DNA of 64,000 nt from Patescibacteria group bacterium (GTDB taxonomy: Bacteria; Patescibacteriota; Microgenomatia; UBA1400; MFAQ01): assembly GCA_943355005.1 (NCBI GenBank), contig CALRDV010000001.1, forward strand, positions 242,059 to 306,058, in the 5' to 3' direction. Shown one piece after another: positions 38,517-48,701 of this stretch; the stretch's first letter is position 1, and every line of letters starts with the position of its first letter. The notes below the pieces were generated by a model, which ran no database searches, was not told the origin of the DNA, and saw only the letters and a list, made by a program, of their open reading frames with translations. The position numbers were made by a program, and so were the translations under genes.

Positions 38517-39287
38517 TTAGTCATTTTCTACTTTAACTTTGTATAACACTTCTCTTAATAAGCCTTTGGATTTTATATCCGATCTTAACGAGAGATAAAA
38601 CGATAATTCAGGACTTTGCTCTAGCTGCTTTTGAATTTGAAGGTTTGTATAGTTATATGATCTTGTATCCGGACATGCAAGGATAATTGCCGGAAAGGCA
38701 TTTTTGTTATGATCCTGCCAGTAGGCATTTTCAAAGTATTGAAAATATTGGCGGATACGTTTTCTTATCACCATTCTGGCTGGGAGTTCATCAAATACAT
38801 CGAGAAAGTAACTTTTTTTGTTCCCGTTCGGTTCTTCTATAGAAAAATAGGCATCTGGATGAGGCAATATCAGATACTTTAAACCCAGTAGATCAGTCTT
38901 AGTGTAGAAATGTAACTTTGCCCCAGTAGTTTTGACGAGCTTTACAAGGGATAAATAGCAATCTGCTATAAACAGGCAATGTTCGCGAAATTGATTTGAT
39001 AAGGTATGCTCTCTCCAGACTCTATCAAGAACCGTTAATTTAATCTGTTTAAGCTCTGGATTATCTTTTAAATATTTTCTTCCTTTAAGTCCTAGTGAAT
39101 ATACTGCGGGTAAAGTAACAGTTTTAGGGTTGTAGTAACGTCGGATATGTTCAGATGCGGTAAGTTGATCGAGCCAGATAATAATGCGATTAAATTGTTT
39201 ATGATTAAGTAATTGTTGAATATGGTTTCTATTTAAGAATCGGAATTTGTAGAGATGTAGTAGTATGTGATCTTGTTGTGTGTTCAT
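38517..39287 (-). CDS. Replication-relaxation (Replic_Relax) family protein
   Basis: N-terminal ILLHLYKFRFLNRNHIQQL, typical of Replic_Relax proteins in conjugative or integrative elements. Confidence 0.55.
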   Translation of the reverse strand: MNTQQDHILLHLYKFRFLNRNHIQQLLNHKQFNRIIIWLDQLTASEHIRRYYNPKTVTLPAVYSLGLKGRKYLKDNPELKQIKLTVLDRVWREHTLSNQFREHCLFIADCYLSLVKLVKTTGAKLHFYTKTDLLGLKYLILPHPDAYFSIEEPNGNKKSYFLDVFDELPARMVIRKRIRQYFQYFENAYWQDHNKNAFPAIILACPDTRSYNYTNLQIQKQLEQSPELSFYLSLRSDIKSKGLLREVLYKVKVEND

Positions 39288-39406
39288 GGTTGTTAGATAG
39301 TATTAATTATTCCATTCTCTTCCTTATATATAAGGAATATAGATGTAGGGATTTTGATTGTATTTAGCCTTAAGATATCGCATTTTCAGTGTAAACACGC
39401 TTACAC

Positions 39407-42316
39407 TCATAGCAATGACCCCACATCGTCGGTTGATTCAATCTTTTTAGATGATTTTTTAGTTTTTAGCTCTGATTGAACAGTTTTGCGAAGAGTTTTT
39501 TTATATACTGATGCATAGTTTTTTCTAGACTCAACAATGAGTCGTTCCACCCTGTCTTCATCCTTAATAAGCACCATTGGTAGTGTTTCTCCTGAAAACG
39601 GTTCTTCGGGCTCAACGGCTGAGAGCTTGAGATAAAATTTATACCGAGGGAGATTGACGATGTCATGCTGATCTACATACGGAGCAAATTGAGCGATCAT
39701 TAACTGTTCATCGATTGGACTTGCTGTCCTAAAACAGATTACCGTCCCTGTATTGGCCAAGATCACGTTTGTGATATTTCGATCTTCCTGCTGAGAAGTT
39801 GATTGCTCGGCAATGGTAAGGCGAAGACCAAATTTTCTCCCGCCAGATAAGAGCCTGGTGAATGAGGTGGTCGCGAAGTTCTGGAATTCATCGATAAAGA
39901 GATAAAAGGGTTTTCGCTCATTCTTGTTTGTCCTCACACGACGCATAGCCGCTTGTTGGAGTTTGGCAATGATCGTTGTGCCAAGTAACTGAGAGGTATC
40001 TTCTCCCAACTTTCCTTCGGCCAGATTACAAATTAAAATCTTACCTGAGTTGAGTATCTCGTCAAAATTAATCGTTGAGTTTGGTTGCTCAAGAATGCGT
40101 TTGGCCGTTGGAGAAAAGAGAAATCTTCCTACTCTCGCCGTCACTCCTGAAACCATTTTGACGATCTGGTAGTTGCCTGCCCTGCCAAACTCATTTTTCC
40201 AGAAGTTCTCGAGATTTTCGTCTTCAAGATTCTTTGTGACGCTTTTTTGAAATTTAGGATCATTGAGAAGGTCATAGACTGTGAATATGGTGGCATCCTT
40301 AATCGTAAAGGCCGTGTAGATGGTGTTTCTAAGGATGTATTCAATTCGGTGGGCATCGGTGTTTTCATCTTTTGAGAAAACTCGACGAAACACTGAGATT
40401 ACGCTTTCACAGACTAATTCTTTTTCCTGCTCTAGGTCGTCTTCCTTAAGCCCAGGTGTTAGCTCAAGCAGATTAACTCCAACGGGATAGCGTAAATCGA
40501 ACGGATTGAAGTAAATACAATCTCCTATGCGACTATCAGGCACCGTGGTTAACAAATCCTCTGCTAGATCGCCATGTGGATCGATAATCGCCACACCACG
40601 ACCTTTATTGATATCGTCTTTGGCCATATGGAACATGATCGTAGACTTACCCGAGCCCGTTTGACCGATGATATAGACATGGCGCGATCGATCATCATCT
40701 GTTAGACCTATGTCGGAGTCACTATTGCCGTAGGTATTCTTGCCAAAGATCACATCGAAAGCCGTATTGTTTTTAATTGATAACGGAGCCGGCAGCTCTC
40801 GACTATGAACTTTGACCATGTCTTCGATTTTCGACCCATCGGTATTAGGAAAATGATAAATGTCCGATACTTCTGAGGTTGAGAGAATTGGGTTTGCATT
40901 CAGAGATGTACTTAATGACAACTGCCGAAGCTTAAATTGCTTCAAAGCATGACTGTGACTCGATAATATCGAGTGTTTTACTACAAAGGTTTGATAAGGG
41001 CTTCCAAGCTGACCAAATGCCGCCAGAAGCCCGTTAAGCCTTGTACTGGCCTCGTCACCATTTGCCGAGACAACCAACACCCGAATCGATGTCTCAAAGA
41101 GTTTTTGATCTATTTTCTCCTTGATAATCTGGGATAGCTCTTTTTCATAGGGATTAAGTATATCCATGGGGAGAGTAATCCTTGGTGCCATTAAAAATGG
41201 CACAGACTTACCACTGGTATCGAATAGTCCAATAAACATACTGAAAACAAACATGGCGACAAACGACAATACCTTCCAAGTTGCTTGTATAAGAAACCAA
41301 ATGAGAGAAATTCCTGGTAAAGACACAAACTTCTGGAATGCACTCTTTTGAACAGCTTCCGTTAATGGTTGGCCATTATAGATACGAGAACGCAGGGATA
41401 GAATCTCAGCTATCACGTCCTTCTGGATTGATGTCAGTACTGGACTGATAACAACTTGGCAGGAGATTAGCTCACCTGGAAGTAATTTTGTCATGTTGCC
41501 GGTTAGATACGAGATAGGATCACTTTCTATGATTGTTGTTTGGGATTGAAGAGGTAGGGCAAAATGACTCGATAACTTTAATTCGATAATACCGACAGAC
41601 TTTTTATCTGCATTCTCGACCAAGGATCCAAGATAGTCGTTCATTTCACTTACCTTGATACCAGGTAGATAGGATCGAAGATTACGACTAATCGTCTCAA
41701 TAAATTTTGGTGAGGCTGCCAATACGTAGCGAATGCCTTCTTTCTTGGTGGAGACAATTTCTAGCGAATATTCGTTCTTTTGTTGAACAACGCTTTCCCA
41801 GAAGGAATGTTGTTTTGAGAGTGTGTGAAGAAGTGAGTACAGCTGCTCTGTCGCAAAAGCAGATTTATCCGTATCTGCGGGAAAGGTTAATTGGAGTAGC
41901 TTTTTTTCAGTCGCTCGTTTACCAAATTGTGACAGTATCCAGGGAATGACCACTCTCATTATCCACAGCAACAGAGATATAAGAGCAAATATAGCTATGA
42001 TGACCATAACTGGCCCTATAGTTATTAGAAGTGTGAGTTGTATTGGCGATACTTCTGGAAGTGGTAAAGATGTAAGCCAATGGTATATTTCGAGCTTCTT
42101 TGAAGTTGAAACCGGAAGCGCCATAGAAATGGAAAGTAAATACGCGTGGATATTAGAGATCTGATGATTTTGAACCTGTTGAATCAACTGCTGTAACTGA
42201 GAGTCCTGAGTGGTCATATTAACCCTCCCAGTGGCCACCAGTGGCAATATATGTGGATCGCTTGATTGTTTGTCATACCTGCCGTTACCTTCATAACTTG
42301 GGCAGGGAATTAACAA
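39407..42316 (-). CDS. FtsK/HerA-superfamily ATPase with N-terminal TM segments: putative T4SS coupling protein (TraD/TcpA-like)
   Basis: Walker A GQTGSGKST, Walker B LFIDEFQNF, two N-terminal TM helices, 969 aa. Confidence 0.6.
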   Translation of the reverse strand: MLIPCPSYEGNGRYDKQSSDPHILPLVATGRVNMTTQDSQLQQLIQQVQNHQISNIHAYLLSISMALPVSTSKKLEIYHWLTSLPLPEVSPIQLTLLITIGPVMVIIAIFALISLLLWIMRVVIPWILSQFGKRATEKKLLQLTFPADTDKSAFATEQLYSLLHTLSKQHSFWESVVQQKNEYSLEIVSTKKEGIRYVLAASPKFIETISRNLRSYLPGIKVSEMNDYLGSLVENADKKSVGIIELKLSSHFALPLQSQTTIIESDPISYLTGNMTKLLPGELISCQVVISPVLTSIQKDVIAEILSLRSRIYNGQPLTEAVQKSAFQKFVSLPGISLIWFLIQATWKVLSFVAMFVFSMFIGLFDTSGKSVPFLMAPRITLPMDILNPYEKELSQIIKEKIDQKLFETSIRVLVVSANGDEASTRLNGLLAAFGQLGSPYQTFVVKHSILSSHSHALKQFKLRQLSLSTSLNANPILSTSEVSDIYHFPNTDGSKIEDMVKVHSRELPAPLSIKNNTAFDVIFGKNTYGNSDSDIGLTDDDRSRHVYIIGQTGSGKSTIMFHMAKDDINKGRGVAIIDPHGDLAEDLLTTVPDSRIGDCIYFNPFDLRYPVGVNLLELTPGLKEDDLEQEKELVCESVISVFRRVFSKDENTDAHRIEYILRNTIYTAFTIKDATIFTVYDLLNDPKFQKSVTKNLEDENLENFWKNEFGRAGNYQIVKMVSGVTARVGRFLFSPTAKRILEQPNSTINFDEILNSGKILICNLAEGKLGEDTSQLLGTTIIAKLQQAAMRRVRTNKNERKPFYLFIDEFQNFATTSFTRLLSGGRKFGLRLTIAEQSTSQQEDRNITNVILANTGTVICFRTASPIDEQLMIAQFAPYVDQHDIVNLPRYKFYLKLSAVEPEEPFSGETLPMVLIKDEDRVERLIVESRKNYASVYKKTLRKTVQSELKTKKSSKKIESTDDVGSLL

Positions 42317-42455
42317 AGATTATATCGAACTATATCAAGTATTGAAAGAGAAGAAAAGCGCTCAATATGAGGGTAAATAAAGCGCTTGACATTATCCCTA
42401 GAGGGATAGTATATTATCTCTATAGGCATAATGATAATTTAAGAGAATACAGATA

Positions 42456-42628
42456 TGGGACGAATAAAAGGTTCAACAAATAAGACTTCTACAAGCAGAG
42501 TAATAGCTTCAACCTTATCACCTTCCGAGCGCGTTCAATTTATTGCTAATTTAATCATTGATCGAATTATTAAAGATCAAAATAACGGCAAACCACTGCT
42601 CAAGAAATTATCTATAGAACAATTATGA
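42456..42628 (+). CDS. 57-aa small ORF translationally coupled (ATGA overlap) to the serine recombinase; possible HTH/recombination directionality factor
   Basis: ATG..TGA ORF below the track cutoff. Its stop overlaps the recombinase start. Confidence 0.3.
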
Positions 42629-44409
42629 ATACAAATTTTAAACTTGATAACGCCGTCGCAGCGATTCGCATATCATCCGTTAAACAGAGTGTAGAAGGAG
42701 ATTCTCCAGAAGCTCAAAAAGAACAGATCGAGCGATACGCTCAAGCTCACAACATTCACATTAAAAAGATTTTTATATTTTTAGAGTCAGCCTCCAAAGA
42801 GCAACAACCTGTACAAGAGGCTATTGATTACTGTAAAAACCCTAAAAACGACATCCAGTTATTCGTCATTAAATCTATCGACCGATTCACCCGAGGAGGA
42901 TCATTTTTCTATGAAGAATTAAAAATGCAGCTTGATAAATGCAAAGTTAGGTTAATCGATATATACGGAGTTATCGGACAGCAACAAGTAAATACGCTTG
43001 AGCACTTAGGGCTCTCATTTAAATGGAGCGTGTACTCACCGACCAAGAAATCTGAAATGCTTGAGGCCGAACGTGCTAAAGACGAGATGCGTGACATCAT
43101 GAGTCGTATGATAGGGGCCGAAATCCGCTATTCTCGAATGGGTTACTGGGTGCGGAATGCGCCATTTGGATTTGTAAATGAAAAAATAGAAACGCCAAAT
43201 GGTAAACGAGTCATATTAAAGCCACATCCCGTAGAATCTGCTTGGATTATAAAAATGTTTGAGCTACGCTGTCGTGGGACGCTAGGCGATTATCAGATCG
43301 TTGACGAGATAAATAATCTAGGCTTCAAAACAAGAATTATGCACTTCCGAGACCCTCGTGACCGCACAAAGATTATTAAGGAAAAAGGTAGTAAAAAACT
43401 TAACATTAAGGGGTTTTGGAGATATATCAAAAACCCACTCTATGCAGGTATAAACCTCACGAGCTGGACTAAAGAAAATCCTCAAAAAGGTCATTTTGAC
43501 GGCTTGGTCTCAATTGAAACATTTAATAAAGCCAATCGAGGCAAAATATCTATTATCGAAGAAAATAATGGCATAAAGATCTACAAGAAGCGACCGCCTG
43601 AATACTTAATTAATAAAGGTGCAAGAAATCCTGATTTTCCATACAAACGCATCGTCTTATGTCCACATTGTGAGAAACCACTCTTTGGGAGTGCCTCACG
43701 GGGTCATTTGGGTAAGTATTACCCGGCATATCACTGCAACAAACGTGGCCATTACTTTAGAGTCCGTAAAAAGGACTTTGACGAGACTATTACGAAGTTT
43801 GTGAAAAACATACACCTAGCTGATGGATACTCTGATGCGTTGGTCAAAGCAGTGATTGATGAATGGGAGAAACGCCAGAAAGAGTCGAGTACAGATAATG
43901 TAAATATTGACGCCAAAATCACAGATCTAAAAGCCCAAGCGAAGCTTACGGCTGACAAAATAAAGTATGTAACGTCTGAGGTTGCTATGAAATACATCGA
44001 AGAAGAATTAGTGAAAAATGATCAAGAGATTTCAGGACTTTTGGCTGAAAAACAAAAAGCTATACAAGAAAAACCATCAGATATACACGTTGTCATGGCC
44101 TACATAAAATATTTTCTGGAACACCTAGAAGATTTGTTGATACATAGCACTGATCCTGTTGCTAAGGCATCACATTTCGGGGTACTTTTCGACCGAGCGC
44201 CGACATATCAAGAAATAGTTTCTGGAACCGGTGAATTTGCCCAATGTATCGCACTAAACGAGGTCTTTGCACTTTCAAAAACCAACTTAGTGACCCCGGC
44301 GGGAGTCGAACCCGCGATCTTTTGGATGAGAACCAAATGTCCTGGACCACTAGACGACGGGGCCGTCAGTCTACGCTCCTATTTTATCATCCCGAAGCGG
44401 GTGGACTAA
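42625..44409 (+). CDS. Large serine recombinase (resolvase N-domain, recombinase domain, zinc ribbon)
   Basis: Catalytic AIRISSVKQS, a recombinase domain and C-x2-C...H-C zinc ribbon. The C-terminal 40 codons overlap the tRNA-Glu on the opposite strand. Confidence 0.85.
   Translation: MNTNFKLDNAVAAIRISSVKQSVEGDSPEAQKEQIERYAQAHNIHIKKIFIFLESASKEQQPVQEAIDYCKNPKNDIQLFVIKSIDRFTRGGSFFYEELKMQLDKCKVRLIDIYGVIGQQQVNTLEHLGLSFKWSVYSPTKKSEMLEAERAKDEMRDIMSRMIGAEIRYSRMGYWVRNAPFGFVNEKIETPNGKRVILKPHPVESAWIIKMFELRCRGTLGDYQIVDEINNLGFKTRIMHFRDPRDRTKIIKEKGSKKLNIKGFWRYIKNPLYAGINLTSWTKENPQKGHFDGLVSIETFNKANRGKISIIEENNGIKIYKKRPPEYLINKGARNPDFPYKRIVLCPHCEKPLFGSASRGHLGKYYPAYHCNKRGHYFRVRKKDFDETITKFVKNIHLADGYSDALVKAVIDEWEKRQKESSTDNVNIDAKITDLKAQAKLTADKIKYVTSEVAMKYIEEELVKNDQEISGLLAEKQKAIQEKPSDIHVVMAYIKYFLEHLEDLLIHSTDPVAKASHFGVLFDRAPTYQEIVSGTGEFAQCIALNEVFALSKTNLVTPAGVEPAIFWMRTKCPGPLDDGAVSLRSYFIIPKRVD
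44291..44364 (-). tRNA. tRNA-Glu (anticodon CUC)
   Basis: Manual fold. The acceptor stem GGCCCCG/CGGGGUC has one G-U pair. The D-loop is AGUGGUCCAGG. The anticodon stem UUUGG/CCAAA has loop UUCUCAU. The T-arm is GCGGG-UUCGACU-CCCGC, and the discriminator is A. Confidence 0.8.
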
Positions 44410-44504
44410 GGCAAAATGAGCTTAACGGCTTAAATTGGCCAAGGAATCAATTTTTGGGCAGGAATTTAATGTATATTAGTATTTATCACTCATAAGACTA
44501 ATTA

Positions 44505-45131
44505 ATGAAAAAAACCCAGCTTTCCCCGGCCACCTATATTTTTGAGGGAAAAATCAAGACTAACTCTGGACTATTTATCATCAAAGATGAATCTCAAGAA
44601 TTCGAAGAAGATACCCCATTAGAGGGAAAATTGTTTTCCCTTATTCACTCTGGGAAAATTTTCGCCTTTATGGCGAGCCAACCAACAACCTTTGGCTTAA
44701 AAGTCAAATATGCAGGAAACAATCTATCCATCGATGGTATTAAGTTTGACGAGCACCTAGGTAGAACAAATAGGGCAGTAATTGAAGTAAAATCCGGATT
44801 ATTATCTATAGCTGATGTGTCTTATATATCTTCACCGGGAACTCACCAAATCACTTTCACCGAAAAGATTGCATCTAGGTTGTTAGCTCTTTCAGTTTTG
44901 ACAAAGCTAGTTCTTTTTGGAATCAGATTGGTAAAAAGAATAGACCCTTCACTTTTCTCAGACCATTTAGAACAAAAAAAGATAACTTTACCTGTCCCTC
45001 CTGGAAATTACAGTGTGACAGTACATTTTATAAAGGATGCCGAGTTCTTAGGGTTTATTGTTAATATCAAGAAAACCTTAGAGTCTCCACTGGCAAACAA
45101 GGTAATTTCGTCAATTAAAAAATTTGATTAA
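44505..45131 (+). CDS. Hypothetical protein
   Basis: ORF only. Confidence 0.35.
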   Translation: MKKTQLSPATYIFEGKIKTNSGLFIIKDESQEFEEDTPLEGKLFSLIHSGKIFAFMASQPTTFGLKVKYAGNNLSIDGIKFDEHLGRTNRAVIEVKSGLLSIADVSYISSPGTHQITFTEKIASRLLALSVLTKLVLFGIRLVKRIDPSLFSDHLEQKKITLPVPPGNYSVTVHFIKDAEFLGFIVNIKKTLESPLANKVISSIKKFD

Positions 45132-45145
45132 CATTTACAAAAACT

Positions 45146-45367
45146 ATGGATAAACATAAAACCAAGTATCTTGATTCGAAAGAAACCTTACTGAGGGTGC
45201 TCGATGAAATCAAGGAAATACTTGTAAAGTCGGGAACAGAACCTATTTCTGGAGAAATGCGCACTACTCTCATGGATAAATTTTCTCTTATAGATCACAG
45301 GCTTCTTGACCAATTAGACGTGGCTTCTTACGAGTATTACGAAGAAAAGCTCAAAGAGGTTAACTAG
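45146..45367 (+). CDS. Hypothetical small protein
   Basis: ORF followed by a terminator. Confidence 0.3.
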   Translation: MDKHKTKYLDSKETLLRVLDEIKEILVKSGTEPISGEMRTTLMDKFSLIDHRLLDQLDVASYEYYEEKLKEVN

Positions 45368-45400
45368 AAAAAACTAATCACGGTGGTAACCCTATAAATT

Positions 45401-45434
45401 AAAAAACCCACGGATTATCCGTGGGTATAAATTT
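45401..45434. terminator. Bidirectional rho-independent terminator (CCCACGGA-TTA-TCCGTGGG flanked by an A-run and a T-rich tract)
   Basis: An 8-bp perfect stem between convergent genes. Confidence 0.6.
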
Positions 45435-45437
45435 TGT

Positions 45438-45791
45438 CTACTTTCTGGATTTTTTGGTGGATTCACTCGCAGCAAAACCTAATGCTCCAAGCCCAAGTAG
45501 AAATCCAAAATTGTAGTTGTTCCCATCATTATGGACTTCGTATATGCCATTCTCTTCATCCATGAATACGTTGGAAAAAAGAGCCCAACCTGATAAGGCT
45601 CCATCTTCTAAACCTTCCAAAAAACCGGAAACCTTACCGGTAGATTCCAATGGCACGTTGGTAAAGGGGTTCTGGGAGGCACAAGAAGTGAGCAGTAATA
45701 GTAGTACCACAAGAGCAATTATTGTCAAAATCGGATTTTTCAAAGTCTTCTCCTTCGTCCTAATGGACACTTTTAAGGTATAAACCGACAC
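45438..45791 (-). CDS. Putative lipoprotein
   Basis: Signal peptide with an LTSC lipobox. Confidence 0.3.
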   Translation of the reverse strand: MSVYTLKVSIRTKEKTLKNPILTIIALVVLLLLLTSCASQNPFTNVPLESTGKVSGFLEGLEDGALSGWALFSNVFMDEENGIYEVHNDGNNYNFGFLLGLGALGFAASESTKKSRK

Positions 45792-45889
45792 TTTAGCTTG
45801 TCAGCTCTGGTATTTTACCACCACATTCGATTCATGCCTATAAGGGTATATAATATGCCATCAGTACTTTAGCTTATTAGGAGGTCGCA

Positions 45890-46141
45890 ATGAAACGTAT
45901 TTTCAGCATTCTCTGGCTTTTCTTGACTTTGGTATACAGCTTGGCACCATTCTGGGCCATGGTATTTGGCATCGGCGCTCTCATCTTTCTGGTAATTCTG
46001 TTTTCTGTGCCCGCAACCCCTCTTTTTTGGCCGATTGCCTTTGTCATTCTATTCCTGATTTCCCTGATTGCCTCAAACGCCCAATATGGCGGGCGATCGC
46101 ATACAACTCTTGTAGCTCCCGCTCCGGTTACAAAAAAATAA
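45890..46141 (+). CDS. Small membrane protein (two TM segments), with an AGGAGG RBS and a TATAAT box upstream
   Basis: A strong RBS at 45878-45883; a terminator follows. Confidence 0.4.
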   Translation: MKRIFSILWLFLTLVYSLAPFWAMVFGIGALIFLVILFSVPATPLFWPIAFVILFLISLIASNAQYGGRSHTTLVAPAPVTKK

Positions 46142-46163
46142 TTGACATTACTCTTCACCTAAT

Positions 46164-46187
46164 CCCGCTCTCAGTAGCGGGTTTTTT
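46164..46187 (+). terminator. Rho-independent terminator CCCGCT-CTCAGT-AGCGGG-TTTTTT
   Basis: Read directly. Confidence 0.6.
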
Positions 46188-46328
46188 GTGCCTAAATAGC
46201 CACTTACAAGACCGACCAAACTTGACAAGAACCACCTTTTCGTCTAAAATACAGATACATCTAAAGAGTTAGTTGCCTTCCGGTTTCCAGAACCCCCAGG
46301 AGCTGGTTTTTTTTGACCCTAAATTGGT

Positions 46329-46356
46329 CTTGACTTCCAGTCTGCAACCTCTATAT
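46329..46356 (+). promoter_or_regulatory. Putative sigma70-like promoter for greA (TTGACT-16nt-TATATT)
   Basis: Read directly, about 30 nt upstream of the greA start. Confidence 0.3.
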
Positions 46357-46387
46357 TAGAACGATAGTTAAATAAAATATAAAGCAA

Positions 46388-46861
46388 ATGACACAAGCTA
46401 CACAAAGAGTTCAGATGACACCTTTAGGCTACAGAGCCTTGGTCGAAGAGCTAAAAACACTAGAGACAGTCGGCCGACCCGAAGGCATTGAACGCGTGGC
46501 CAAAGCCCGCGAATTCGGTGATCTCTCCGAGAATGCCGAGTATCATTCTGCCAGAGAAGATCTCGCCGCCTTAGAAGGACGCATCGAAGAGCTCAAGGAT
46601 ATCATCAATAGAGTCAACGTTGTGGACTTAAAGAAAGCCGGCGAAGAAGAAGTTGGCATTGGCAGTGTCGTCATGGTTTCTATTAATGGTAGCCAGCACG
46701 AATTCACCATCGTTGGTGAATGGGAAGCCGACCCGGCCGCCAAAAAGATTTCTCACGAATCTCCTTTAGGAAAAGCACTTCTTGGTAAAAAAGTTGGTGA
46801 CAATGTCGAAGTCGATGCTCCCGTAGGTAAAGTCACCTACGCCATTAAAGCCGTCAAATAA
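46388..46861 (+). CDS. greA: Transcription elongation factor GreA
   Basis: An N-terminal coiled coil with the acidic tip (GDLSENAEY) and a C-terminal FKBP-like domain. Confidence 0.9.
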   Translation: MTQATQRVQMTPLGYRALVEELKTLETVGRPEGIERVAKAREFGDLSENAEYHSAREDLAALEGRIEELKDIINRVNVVDLKKAGEEEVGIGSVVMVSINGSQHEFTIVGEWEADPAAKKISHESPLGKALLGKKVGDNVEVDAPVGKVTYAIKAVK

Positions 46862-46886
46862 AATATTTAAAAAAGTATTTAGAAAA

Positions 46887-46910
46887 CCCGCTCTTAGGCG
46901 GGTTTTCTTT
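46887..46910. terminator. Bidirectional terminator AAAACCCGC-TCTTAG-GCGGGTTTTCTTT
   Basis: Read directly between convergent greA and the DUF2207 gene. Confidence 0.55.
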
Positions 46911-48679
46911 TACCAACTACCACCTCCACCTCCGCCACCTCCACCACCCGAAGAACCTCCTGAAAATCCCGAACCGCCCATTGAGGATGACGAAGAGTTG
47001 TAAGAAAGTCCAGAGGCTGCTGAGGTACTAAAGTCAGACATCGATCTGGACCAATCATTCATATTAGTCCCAAGTCCCACCGCCATATACTTTGGCGGTT
47101 CCAGATTTAATATCGCCATGTCTTTGGCCAACTTATCTATGACCCCGAGTGAAATCGCAAAAGGCAGTACTTCTTCGATAAACAAATGTTTTTCTTTAAT
47201 TTCTTCTCGCCATTTACCAAGTCGGATTGTGTCCCGCAGTCCTTTAGCTTGAAGCGACAAATTCGTACCCACTGCCGTTTTCTGGGGCATATTCCAAGCA
47301 AAGATTACAGATGAAACATAGGAAATCACAAAAAGTATCACCGGCCACGCCTCTCCAAGAAAGCCAATCGTACTTACTGTAGTTGCAAAGATTAAACAAC
47401 AAACCAAAATAGTTCCCACGAACCAATACCCACGAACATTGTTTGGATTCCCCGTGTAGAGTTTTTTATCCCGTAGCCCTTCGTTTATCATCGCTTTTAC
47501 CTTCGTCATGTGCGAATAAAAATTTCCTTTGAGATTACTAAGTTTTACGGTATCGCCGGTCTCAAATATCTTTTCCATCAAATACGTCTGGGTATTGGGA
47601 ATATTACTCGGTTCTTTTAGTTTAGAAAATAAATAATCGCTTCCAAACTTCAGAAATCCTTTAGCTTCCACCTTCTCAATCTTCAGATATTTCCTTCTGG
47701 CCAAATCAATAATCTCCGATACTACATCCTGGTTATCCACTTTTTCGTCCAGCAGTGCTCCCGCCTCACCGGGTGTTAGATTTTTGAATGGTTCATAGAC
47801 CATGGGAATATTTATTGGTTCGAATACAGGTCTCATTCTCTGAAGTTGGTCGGGATCCATATTAAAGACGTTGGGAGAATCAAATCGGAAATCTCTGCCT
47901 TTCTTATACCAGAAGAAAAACATCCCCAATCCCGGTAGGAAGAGTAAAGCAAAGGGGTAATTATTATAGATAAAGCTTGATATTCTCTCTGAAGTTGTCG
48001 GGAATACTAAGGAATTATTTTTATCCAGCTTTACAGCGACTGTAAAATTTTCACCATTATTTGTAGGCGATGTCGTAAAAGCCGTAACGGCTCCTCCTAC
48101 CCCGAAGACACAGTCCGAGGCCTCACCACCTACAGGACCGGTAAAGCACTTAGACTCGATTGTGGTAGCAAAAGGGGAAGTAATAAATACTCTCGCTTTA
48201 GAAATCGGGAACTGCCACCCCTCGCCGGTGATATCCCAATATAGTTCGTCAAATTCTTTTTGTCTGCTGATAGCTTTCGAAATCCGATAAGAAATTGTGT
48301 AAGCTCTAAGTCCTGTGAAGGTCGTATCTGGATCGCCAATTTTTATGGTTACATTGCCATCACCTCTGCTAGTTTGAAAAGGGATAGTCTCCCCTTTGTC
48401 GTTTTTGACGGAAATATCTGAAACCTTTTTACTCTCGATTATCCCGTTTTTCTTGTATTTCTCGGGAATATATCGATATATTCCATGTTTATCTATGGGG
48501 GTGAAATAATCGATGTTTTCGATGATAGAGAGTGAAGTATCCTGATTAATCGTAATATACGAATCAAATTTTTCTATTTCTTCGATACTGTAAGCGACGG
48601 GAATCTCTGCAGCCATTATCTGACGAGTAAAAAGCATTCCTGCACAGAGAAACGCAATCAAAATAATTATTCTCTTCAT
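46910..48679 (-). CDS. DUF2207-like membrane protein with a C-terminal poly-Gly/Ser tail
   Basis: A signal peptide, a large extracytoplasmic domain, TM segments and a C-terminal GGSSGGGGGGGGGGSW. Confidence 0.5.
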   Translation of the reverse strand: MKRIIILIAFLCAGMLFTRQIMAAEIPVAYSIEEIEKFDSYITINQDTSLSIIENIDYFTPIDKHGIYRYIPEKYKKNGIIESKKVSDISVKNDKGETIPFQTSRGDGNVTIKIGDPDTTFTGLRAYTISYRISKAISRQKEFDELYWDITGEGWQFPISKARVFITSPFATTIESKCFTGPVGGEASDCVFGVGGAVTAFTTSPTNNGENFTVAVKLDKNNSLVFPTTSERISSFIYNNYPFALLFLPGLGMFFFWYKKGRDFRFDSPNVFNMDPDQLQRMRPVFEPINIPMVYEPFKNLTPGEAGALLDEKVDNQDVVSEIIDLARRKYLKIEKVEAKGFLKFGSDYLFSKLKEPSNIPNTQTYLMEKIFETGDTVKLSNLKGNFYSHMTKVKAMINEGLRDKKLYTGNPNNVRGYWFVGTILVCCLIFATTVSTIGFLGEAWPVILFVISYVSSVIFAWNMPQKTAVGTNLSLQAKGLRDTIRLGKWREEIKEKHLFIEEVLPFAISLGVIDKLAKDMAILNLEPPKYMAVGLGTNMNDWSRSMSDFSTSAASGLSYNSSSSSMGGSGFSGGSSGGGGGGGGGGSW

Positions 48680-48701
48680 AAAGTTAGTATAATCGAGTCT
48701 T

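Larger units (their letters stand above)
37217..44409. mobile_element. Integrative/conjugative-element-like module (DUF2958, Replic_Relax, coupling ATPase, serine recombinase) abutting the tRNA-Glu 3' end. The left boundary is undefined and may extend through the metal island.
   Basis: Gene content plus the recombinase/tRNA overlap. No direct repeat of the tRNA 3' end was located by eye. Confidence 0.4.
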
